Below, one piece after another: positions 43,097 through 52,700 of a DNA stretch of 64,000 nt. The stretch's first letter is position 1, and the number at the start of each line of letters is the position of its first letter. The notes beneath the pieces are model-generated. The model had not been told where the DNA came from and searched no databases. It was given only the letters and a program-made list of their open reading frames with translations. The translations under genes were made by a program, and so were the position numbers. The DNA comes from Pelagomonas calceolata (taxonomy: Eukaryota), in assembly GCA_918797485.1 (NCBI GenBank), contig CAKKNE010000003.1, positions 4,712,001 to 4,776,000 on the forward strand, given 5' to 3'.

Positions 43097-44473
43097 CTAT
43101 ATCTCGCAGGGCCGCGCTTCGGCCGCCGCGCGCGCGGCGCCCGCGTGGTCGCCGTCGAGCGCGCTGGTGACGGCGCTCGCCAGCGCGCCGACGTTCGCGC
43201 CGAGGCGCTCGGACCTGAACCAGCCGCGCCGCGTCGAGCGCTTCGCCGTCAGGTCGACGTCCGGGTCGTCGACGCATAGGCAGAACGACACGAAGCCGTA
43301 CGCGTACGCCGCAGCGAACGGCAGGAACGTGTGGCCGAGCGTGCCGGCGTCGGGCGCGCGCGGCGCCGAGCGGCCGCACGCGGTCAGTTCGACCGTCGTG
43401 GCGGTGTCGCGCGTGAAAATTAAGTTGCCTCCGACCGCGGCGCCGAAGACGCCGACGACGGCGCGCGCGCGGTACACAGCGCGCACCTGCCCGCAGAACG
43501 ATAATGCGCCGAGCTCCGCGACGTCGAGGCGCAGGCCCTTGTTCTGCGCGACGCCGTCGAGGGCGGCAATGACGGCTTCGTGATTTCCCAGACGTCGCGA
43601 CCCCTCTCGCGACGCACCGTGGACGACGTAGAGGACCGTCGTCGCCGGCGCTTCGAGCTCGACGCCGCAGCGTCGCAGCGCCGCGGCTCTCGCGTGCCTC
43701 GCCGTATGCGCGTCGCCGACGTGTTGCGCGGCCTTCTGCACTAGTCCTCGCACGCACACCACCTCGCCCGGTCGCGGCGAAAAACCGCGCGTGCCCGTCG
43801 ACGCGGCGACCGCCTCGGAAAGCTCCCGAACCCAAGGTAGAGGCGGTTGGGGATTTCGAGGCGCCAGATACAGCGAGTAGAGGACCTCCTGTTCGCCGCC
43901 GCACGCCCACGCGCCGGCGAACGCCCGAAGAAAGAGCACGTCGCGGACGGCGTGGCCGACGTTCGCGAGCCGGTCGGAGAGGAGGACGACGATCGCGTCG
44001 ACCCATCGAGCCTCCGCGACCCGCGCCGGCGCCGCCTCCTCGAGATCGACGTGCTCGTGGTCGTGCGGCCTGCCGCGCCTATTCAAGGCGCCGCAGCGCT
44101 TGTAAAGGCGCCACCTCTGCGCCGCGCGTCGCGTCTTGGCGGCGTAGGGCGCGACGGCCGAAAATCTTCGCGAAATCGCGGCTCCGCGCGTGCCGTTGCG
44201 CCGCTCGACGCGGCGCGGCGCGCACCACGCCCGGCGCAGATCGCGCGCCCCGTCGTCGCCGGCCGCGAACCACGTCGAACGCCGGCCGTCGCGCGATTGC
44301 GAGACACACGCGCCGCGGCTGGCGACGACCTGGTCCGCGGCGAAGACGGCCGTCGCAGGTCCTGGTGAGTCGAAAAAGGCCCGCAGGGCCTTGGAGGCCG
44401 GCTCGCAGTCCCCAGCAGCCGCCCGGGACAGCGCGAGGCAGCAAGAAAGGAGGCTCGCCTGGCGCGGGGTCAT
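43097..44473 (-). CDS. GT61-like glycosyltransferase
   Basis: Signal peptide; NVGHAVRD; RRLGNHEAV...LSFCGQVRAVYRARAVVGVFGAAVGGNLIF...TVEL. Confidence 0.7.
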   Translation of the reverse strand: MTPRQASLLSCCLALSRAAAGDCEPASKALRAFFDSPGPATAVFAADQVVASRGACVSQSRDGRRSTWFAAGDDGARDLRRAWCAPRRVERRNGTRGAAISRRFSAVAPYAAKTRRAAQRWRLYKRCGALNRRGRPHDHEHVDLEEAAPARVAEARWVDAIVVLLSDRLANVGHAVRDVLFLRAFAGAWACGGEQEVLYSLYLAPRNPQPPLPWVRELSEAVAASTGTRGFSPRPGEVVCVRGLVQKAAQHVGDAHTARHARAAALRRCGVELEAPATTVLYVVHGASREGSRRLGNHEAVIAALDGVAQNKGLRLDVAELGALSFCGQVRAVYRARAVVGVFGAAVGGNLIFTRDTATTVELTACGRSAPRAPDAGTLGHTFLPFAAAYAYGFVSFCLCVDDPDVDLTAKRSTRRGWFRSERLGANVGALASAVTSALDGDHAGAARAAAEARPCEI

Positions 44474-45243
44474 GGCCGGGAGGTGCCTACATGGTCGCGC
44501 TCCTTTTCGTTGGCTGATGGCTGCCTCCCATGCGCCGTGCAGCTGCAAATACCTAGCTAGGTTCGTGCCCGTAAGGAGGGGGGTCTGGGGAGAATTAGAT
44601 TGGGAAATACATTCCGAGGCTTCAAAAGACCCTTGAGGCTCCCGCCAGCAGGCTTGGCCGGCGGGTGACCGCATCGCGGTCATCGAGGGGGCTGAAGGTG
44701 CCTTTTTTGGAGCGCTAATTAATGATTTTAATTCCATTCGTCTCGACAGCCGCTACAGGACGGCCCGCCGCTGGGTCCATTGAAGCAGCCATGCGCCGTC
44801 CGCGCCGAGGATGTTGGGGGTCCGAGTCACCGTGACGGTCGTAGCGGACCGTAGTAGCGGCAATATCGTCACACCTAGTGGCTCGCTACAAGATACTTTC
44901 TGCCCCGTACCGTTAACGGTACGGGGCACACAGGCCCTAGTGCACTATAGTGAGTTTTGCGCCACTAGCATTTAAGCTGTTTTGCGCCGCTCGTCAGAAC
45001 GCTGTTCTTACGAAAACGACGCGCAAGGCCGCTACGATGCGATTCGTAGTATCCCCGTGTGTTCTAGGTTGTATTAAGGGGAGTTACGCGGGTTTATTTC
45101 GGGAATTCAACTTCAACCACGTCATTTTTGAACTTGAAGTCAAAGTTGCACTTGAGTTTTACTAATGTACCGCTAGCGGTACATTAGTTGGGATGCTGGC
45201 AGTACCATGCTGCCGGCTTCAAGTTAACGTTTTCCACACTTAT

Positions 45244-46218
45244 TCATCTATTTAGCAGGGCGAGGACCTCGAGCCCCTCCCGCAGCGCCCTCCGGTCGGC
45301 GTACGCCCAAACAGCCCGGTCGAGCTCGTTCAGATCCGCGAGCAGCGCCAACTCCGCGGTGCTTAGGATGTCCGTCGGGGCCTTCTCCCCAGCGTGGTGC
45401 TCGTTAATGGCTGCATTCGAGAAGTTCGTCCAGCCCAGAACGGAGTGCCTAAAGAGGCGGCGGGCGTCCGCCGTGTGGTCATTGATGTAGTCGAGGGATG
45501 TGACGAATTTGAAGGTCTCGAGGCGCGCCAGCGCCGTGTCGAGGTCAGAGGTGCACGTGGCCCCGAAGGCGCCCTCGTACACGGACGTGTTGGCGGCGAG
45601 CGCGCGCGTGTAAAAGTTGTCTAGCTGGGCGACCTGGGCCGCTTCCTCGGCGTCGCGCAGGCGACTGAGGATGCTGTCCCGCCGCCCAACGTCGGCCGGC
45701 GCGACCGCGCCCGCGGCGCCCGGGGGCCCCACCAGCGGCAGGAGCTCCCGCAGCGCGTCGAGGATCTTCTTGTTCGTGCCCCAGATGACCCGCCGCGAGA
45801 GGTGGCGCGAGACGGGCTCCCGGACGATGACCACATAATCATAAAGGTCCGGGCACCACTCGCCGCTGAGGATGCCGCGCTCGAGGCCGACGAACGAAGG
45901 TTTGCTGACCGTGATCTCATGCCGCCTCTCGGCGCAGTCGCGTACGATGATGTGGTGCGGCGACGTGCCGCCGTCGCCGTAGTGGTTGCAGGCAGAGCCC
46001 CAGACGCGCTCACAGTTCACCTTGGCCAGGTGGCAAAAGTACGTGCCCGCGCCGTGCTGGAAGTGCAAGTTGAGCAGCACCTTTTTGCGCCGGTGCGTCT
46101 GCGCCTCTGGCACCGTCCCGTTGGCGGTCGCTTTGCACAGCTTGTCGTAGTCCGCGTATTGAGTGCGCAGCCCCACCGCGGCCGTCGCGGCCACCGCGGC
46201 CAGGACCACGACGCGCAT
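45244..46218 (-). CDS. Secretory sulfotransferase-like protein
   Basis: Signal peptide; LHFQHGAGT (5'-PSB-like), VIVREPVSRHLS (3'-PB-like), DLNELDRAVWAYA. Confidence 0.65.
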   Translation of the reverse strand: MRVVVLAAVAATAAVGLRTQYADYDKLCKATANGTVPEAQTHRRKKVLLNLHFQHGAGTYFCHLAKVNCERVWGSACNHYGDGGTSPHHIIVRDCAERRHEITVSKPSFVGLERGILSGEWCPDLYDYVVIVREPVSRHLSRRVIWGTNKKILDALRELLPLVGPPGAAGAVAPADVGRRDSILSRLRDAEEAAQVAQLDNFYTRALAANTSVYEGAFGATCTSDLDTALARLETFKFVTSLDYINDHTADARRLFRHSVLGWTNFSNAAINEHHAGEKAPTDILSTAELALLADLNELDRAVWAYADRRALREGLEVLALLNR

Positions 46219-46392
46219 GAGCGCTGATTCTTATTTACGGGCGCACGGCACCGCGCAAGCGCCACACTATTTCTGACGGGGAGGCTGCCCCCCGCGGACT
46301 CCGGGTCGAGAGTCATCGGCCCCGTAGGTTTCGCTTGTACCGGTGCAAGCTGGTACCCGGGCCGTACCGTAGGTACTGGTAGGTTGGTCATA

Positions 46393-47155
46393 GCACGAGT
46401 ATGCCGCAGCGTTATGTAGAGTGATAGGGTTCTAGCTCACCAGCCAGAGGCTGGGCCAAACCAACTACGAGAGTGTTTTATAGTAAATTGCCAGTGATTT
46501 ACACCGTTGCGATAAATAGGGCGAAATAACTGCCAGCACTGGCACTTAGACCCCCCCCTTACCTAACGTGCCTACGAGAAAAGGCCGAATATACGAGATA
46601 TTCCCGCACGATGCGAATATAGCAGCGCAATTGAGCCGTATCGTATACTGGAAGCAGGTGCATCACTTGGGCTGCCCGAGCGCCCGGAAATGCGGGGTAC
46701 TCTGCTTTTCAGCATAAAAAAAGACGCACGTAGCGCCAAGATCCAGCTACAGTCGAATCCCCACCTTCGTACGCACAAAATCTCGCCGGGCGTGCGCAGA
46801 AGCTGCCCTCGGAAGCTGCCAGTGCGCCTTGACAAGTGAGCAGCAAAAAATTACCGCCATCGGTCGGCGTGTGGCTGTACGCTCCATTGTGCCAACGTCG
46901 ACTCGGACCGTGCCAGTGACTAGTATTGCGCTCGACCCCCCTAGATATGTATCTCCCACTCTCTAAATTTGAGTCTATACATCGAGTGTACAATCACTAC
47001 GGTGCAAACACAATTTGCTATAAAACACTCTCGTAGTTAGGTTGGCCCAGCCTTCGGCTGGTGAGCTAGGACCCTGCTACTTTACATAACGCCGCGACAT
47101 ACCTACGGTACCTACCGTAGGTACCGCGTACCGCAGTACGGTACAGTACTCTTGC
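46393..47155. mobile_element. Two-ended long-TIR MITE (copy C), flanked by TA
   Basis: About 95 bp inverted arms 46393-46490 and 47012-47155 (GCAMGAGTATGYCGCRGCGTTATGTA...GAGAGTGTTTTATAG); TA on both sides; 47 bp GGTAC-rich insert in the right arm. Confidence 0.85.
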
Positions 47156-47302
47156 TAAGGTATAATACTGCAACGATAAAGACGCGCATTGATGCTTGCT
47201 AGTCTTACAGGCCAATCAAACGGTAGTTTGCGTGTGTCGTATTGTGGGGCGACGGCTTGATCGCAGTAAACCACCATCGGTACTGCGGTAACATCTACGG
47301 CG

Positions 47303-49423
47303 ATGGACCAGCCCCCGCGCCGATCGCGGTACTTTGAGGTCGAGGCGCCCGCGCGTCCTCTGCGGAAGCGGCCGCGCCCGGGCGAGACGGCCCGCCTCGA
47401 GGCCCTGCGGTCCTACCTCGCGGCGCGCGGCGTGGCGCGCGCCGAAGACGTGCTTCGCTGGACCGTCGAGGTCAAGCGCCGGGCGGGCGGCCGGAGCGCG
47501 GGGACGCTCGACGCGTACTTCGTCGACGGTGCCGCCCGCTACCGGAGCCGCGCCGACGTCGCGAGGCGGGCCTTCGGCGTCGAGACCGGCGCCGCGGAAC
47601 CTCCACCGCCCGTCGCACGCGTCGAACAGGTCGAAAGCACCCCCCGCGCCCCGGAGCCGGCCGCGGCGGCACTAGGGCGATTCGAGGCGGCCGCCGCCGT
47701 CCGCGGCAACGACGCGCTCGGCGCGCAGGCCGCCGCGGCCGAGGCCGTGCTTGCCGCCGTCGAGGCCGGGTCGGAGGACGCCGGCGCGCGGGGCGCAGCG
47801 CTTCGCGCCCTCGACGGCGGCCTGTACCGGCTCCACGTGAACTTTAGTTGCCGCGTGCGGCAGCGGAGCGACGCCGTCCGGCGTGGGAGAGACGTCCTCA
47901 CGGATCTCCGGCGCCGCTGCAAAGCGCTTGAGAAAAAAGTAGACCCAGAGGGGCGGAGGCGCGCGACGGAGGCGAAGGCGCGGCGACGGGCGAGACGGGA
48001 GAAAGCCACGGAGAGGGAACGGGAAACTGGCAGACCGCGCCCGCCAGGGTGGAGAAGCGACGACGACGCGTCGTCCCTGTCGTCGGCTTCGGAGGAGGAT
48101 CGCAACGACGGCCCCGGGGTGAACCTCGACGCCGTGAGGGAGGGCGACGATGCCCCGGCGACCCTCGACGCCATGAGGCGGAGATGCAAGACATTCACGA
48201 GGACCGGCGACGTGCAACACCTCTGCCCTCACTTGTGCTATTATCGCGAACACGAGCCGGCGCGGCAGCTCTTCGAGTTGAGGAGGCGAGTCGCGCGCGC
48301 CGGCGGCGACGCGAGCCGGCTGGACGCCTGGCGCGCGCGCGTCGTCCTCGCGCCGGAGGCGGCCTATGGCTTCAGAGTGGGGTTCTTTGAGGGAGAGGAG
48401 GCGCGAACAGCGGCCGACGCTCTCGCGCGCGGCGGCGTTCCAGATGTTCCGCGGCCCTCCTTTCCTCAAGCGTCGCACGGAGGAAGGGGTATTCGACTCA
48501 CCAAGCCGCAGCTCGATGCGCTGGACCTGCGCGCAGAGCGCGATTCGTTGCGCGCGGCGCTCTGGCCTCCGAGCGACGACCAGCGTGGAAATCAACCAGT
48601 GAGTCAGTCATGTCTCCACCGCGCCGCGGCGGCGGGCGTCGATGGGACGTCTAGAAGCGTAGCCTGCTGCACCTGTGCTGCAAGTTGGGGCGGAATGCGC
48701 TCCTTGCTTTTCGCCGTACGCCGCCAACGTCGCGTCGAGGGGGAGGCGCCTTGACATTTGATTTGATTCTACGCAGGCGACGACGCCACGCACGCGCCGC
48801 GCGGCCGCGCGTCGCCGCACTTCCTCGCCGCGGATTCGGGCGACTTCGACGGCGGCGTCGACCGCGCGACGCGGCTCTCGCGCGCCGAAAGCTTCCCCTG
48901 CTCGCCGTTCGGCCTGCTGGAGGAGATCCTCTGGCACAACGAGTGGAAACTGCTTGCGGCCTGCGTTTTGCTGAACGTCACGACGCGGCGACAGGTCGAC
49001 GCGGTCCTCTGGCGTCTTTTCGCGTCGTTCCCCGGTCCAGCGGCTACCGCGGCCGCGGCGGAGGACCCCATGAAAATGGAGCGGCTCGAGGCTATATTGA
49101 GGCCGCTTGGTCTCCACCGCAAGCGCGCGCGGCGTCTCGCGCGCATGTCTCGGGAGTATTTGGAAGCGCACGCGCGTGCCGCTGCGTCCCGCGACGATGC
49201 CGCCGCGGGGGCGACGCCCCTCGACACGCACACGGTCTCGGCGCTCCACGGCGTCGGCGACTACGCGTCCGACGCGCACGCGCTCTTCGTCCTCCGGCGT
49301 GTCCGCGCGTCGTCACCGCCGCGGGACCACGCTCTCAGATGGTGGCACGCCTGGGCGTTAGACCGCGGGCTCGCGACCCTCCACACGCCAAACTGCTCGC
49401 CCACGAAGGCCGCGCGGGAGTGA
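47303..49423 (+). CDS. MBD4: MBD4-like protein: N-terminal methyl-CpG-binding domain plus C-terminal HhH-GPD DNA glycosylase; exons 47303-48572 and 48777-49423
   Basis: WTVEVKRRAGGRSAGTLDAYF..RYRSRADV (MBD); SPFGLLEEILWHNEWKLLAACVLLNVT, PLGLHRKRA, LHGVGDYASDAHALF, PRDHAL. Confidence 0.88.
48573..48776 (+). mobile_element. Introner-type intron (GC-AG), element in reverse orientation
   Basis: Perfect TSD GCGACGAC; ends CAGCGTGGAAATCAACCAGTGAGTC...TTTGATTCTACGCAG. Confidence 0.9.
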
Positions 49424-49704
49424 ACGGGGTGGTGTGCCCCTAGTACTTGTAGTATTACTAGTAATGTAGCTTGCAAGCCAGTGGCCCCGGGCCGGGCTCG
49501 GAAACCGCCAAGTTCCTTTTAGGCCGTCATGCGGCCACATTTCTCAGGCTAACTAAGTCACGGTAACTTCAGGGGCGACGGCGTACGGGGGCGGGGGCGG
49601 GGCGGTCACCCCGCGGCGGTCGTGGTGGCTAGGCGGCCTACGAGGCGGCCTAGCTCTAAGCAAAGCAACTTCAAGTTGAGCATTGGCAGATCATTCATGA
49701 TTCT

Positions 49705-52700
49705 TTACACAGGAGGAATAGAACCCATTGCGGGCGCCGCCGAATGCGGGTCGTACGGCGCGAGCGACGCCCACGACGGGCCGGCCCGGAGTCGGACCTC
49801 CGCGGGCACGCCCTCCAGCGCCGTCGCGGCCTCGAGCGCGGACGACACGTCGAGCGCGCAGGTGGCGAGGTCCTGCGTCGGGACCTCGAAGACCAGCTCG
49901 TCGTGGAGCTGGAGCACGAGCCGCGGCCGCCGGCGCGCGTCGTACTTGGCCCCAAAGCTCGCGACCATCGAGGCCATCGCGCGCTTGACGAGGTCGGCGG
50001 CGGAGCCCTGGACGACCGCGTTGAGGGCCTGGCGCTCGGCCTTGCGCCGCCGCTTGGGATCGGTCGAGTGGATGTCCGGGAGCCGGCGCCGCCGGCCCAG
50101 CACCGTCTCCACGAACCCGTGCTCGCGGCACGCCGCGGTCACCGTGGCCCGATACGCGTCTAGGGCGGGGAAGAGCGCCCGGACCCGCTGGACGGCGTCG
50201 ACGGCGGCGCGCGCGTCGACGTCCAGCGCTCGCGCGGCCTTGCGCGTGCTCTGGCCGAACAGCACCGCGTAGACGAGCTGCTTCGCCGCCGCGCGGTCTT
50301 TCACAACCGCGCACCTCTCCACGAGTTCCACGAACGGATCGTCCCCCCGCTCCTCGAAGCACCGTCGCAGCCGCGCGTCGCCCGACAGGTGCGCCGCGAC
50401 GCGGAGCTCGCACTGCTTGAGGTCCGCACTCAGGAACACCGCGCCGCGCCGCGCGATAATCAGCCGGCGCGGCTCGACGCAAATCGCGTGGTCGAACGGC
50501 GAGTAGCGCGCGGCGCGCTCCGTCTCGCGGACGCGGCCGTCTTCGGGCCAGGCGAAGCCCGGCGGGCGGAGGCGCGGCCCGCGGTCCAGCCGGTAGACGC
50601 GGTCCGCGGGGTACGTCAGCTCGCGCCGACGGATCCGCACGACGGCCGCGCGCACGGTCGCCGCGCGCCGCGCGGAGTACGCCCACGTCGCGCCCCGGCG
50701 CGCCGCGTCGCGCCAGTAGTCGGCGATCGAAGCGCCGTCGGCGAGGCGGCGCGCGTCGATCGCCGCGCCGCTCAGTTCGACGAGCGCGCCGCGCCGGAGC
50801 CGCGGCGGGTCGCCCGGCCGCACCGTCGCGTCGACGCAGAGCACCTCAATCCCGGGAAGCGCGTCCTCGGGGTCCTCGTGCAGGCTCGGCCGCGCGAACC
50901 GCGTGATCGCCACGCCCGCCGCGTCGAAGTTCTGGAAGTTGGGGGCCGAGCACACGAGGCGCCCGGTCGCGGTCGGCTCCCGGCCGCGCTTCGTCTCGCG
51001 CGAGAGCGAAAAGCACGCGCGCGCGCAGGTCGTCGACGCCTCGAGCGTGGGGTGCGGCGCGAGCGCGCGCTGCAGGCCCGACAGGCGGGCGAGCAGCGCG
51101 CGGGCGCGGCGGTGCGCGAGCACGACCGTCGCGCGCTCGCCGGCGCGGCCGCCCCGCTGCGCCTGGGCCGCGAGCCCGCGCGCGGCGGCCGTCGAGGCTG
51201 CCTTCGCGGGCACGTCGCACAGCGCGTTCACCTTCCCGTGCGCCCCCAGGTTTTCGATGCCGTGCGCCTCCGCGGCGACGCGGCGGCAGTCGTCGACGAA
51301 CTGCCGCAGGTCGTCGACCCACGCGCGCAGCCGCGGCGCGTCGACGTCCACGCCCGAGTGGTTCATCTCGGCGATCGCCGGAACGCACGCGACGTCCGTC
51401 GCGAGGAGCGCGGCCAGCGCGCGGCCGCACGCGGGCGCCGCGAGCGCGTCGCGGCACGTCCGCGCGTCCCGGGCCAGCGCCGCCGCGCGCGCCACGGCGC
51501 GGTCGCGCCGCCGCGGCGCGTCCTCGCCGTCGCGAGCGGCGTCGGCAGCGTCGGCGGCGTCGTCGGCGGCGGCGGCCGCGCCGCCGCCCGCCCGCGCGGC
51601 GACCGCCTTCGCGGCGGGCACGTCGAAGAGCGGCCTGCCAGCCGGCGTGCCGTTCGAGCGGAGCGCCGTCGCGACGGCGACGGCGTCGCCGCACGCGAGG
51701 GCGTACGCGCCCCCCCGGTCGGGCGCGGCGGCGACGGTCGCCGCCAAAGCGACGCGGCCGCCCGCGAGGCGCTCGCACGCCCGGAGCGCGCGCCGGCCGC
51801 GCGCGTGCCAGGCCCGGCACGCGAGCCGCGCCGCCGCGCCGGCCGCGCGGCCGTCGCGCGCCGCGCCGAGGCGCGGCGCGTACTGGCGGAAGCCCAGCCA
51901 GCCGACGACGCGGCAGACGGCCGCCTCGGGGAGCCGCGCCCAGCCTTGCGCGGTCCCGTCGTTCCTGCGGCGCAGCTCGCGCTCGAACGGCCAGGGCGGC
52001 GGGACCGGTGGCGAAGAATAATACCTCGCCTCGCCGGGCCCGCGCGCGAGGCCGTAGCCGACCAAGACCCTCGAAGTGCGGGGGTCCAGGAACTTGGCCC
52101 ACGCGCGCCGGCGGGTGCCCGACGCCCCCGGCGGCGGCGGCGCCGTATCCAGGGCAACGCCGACGAACGGCGCGTCCGTCGAAGCGAGCGCGGCGCTCTC
52201 CCGCGCGTCGAGCGCGCGCGTCCGCCGCCGCGCGTCCGAGGCCAGCACGCGCGGCGACGCGTCCCTGACTTGTACGCCCGACGACGCCTCGGACCGCCGC
52301 GACCGCGGCGACACGTCTCGCGACGACGCGTACGTCTCGAGCCCGGCCGTGTGCCCGCTCCCGCGCCGCCGCTTGCGCGCGCGCCCGTCGGCGGCGGCGT
52401 CCGCGGCGCCGTCGGAGTCCGCGGCGTCCGCGGTGTCGTCGTCCGAGTCCGAGTCCGAGTCCGACGAGGACGCGTCGAAACTCGGCGCCGCGGAGCCGTC
52501 CGAGTCGTCGGACTCGGCGGCCTCGGCCCGGCGCCGCGGCGCCGCGCGCGCCGGACCGGTCCGCGCCGCGGCGGCGGCGGCCACGACGCCGGCGGCGACG
52601 GCTCCGCGCCGCGCGGCGGCGGCGGCGGCGGCCTCGGCGCCCGTCGTCCTCGTGGCGGACAGCAACGAGACCAGGAACGGCGTCTGCGACCAGGACGCGT

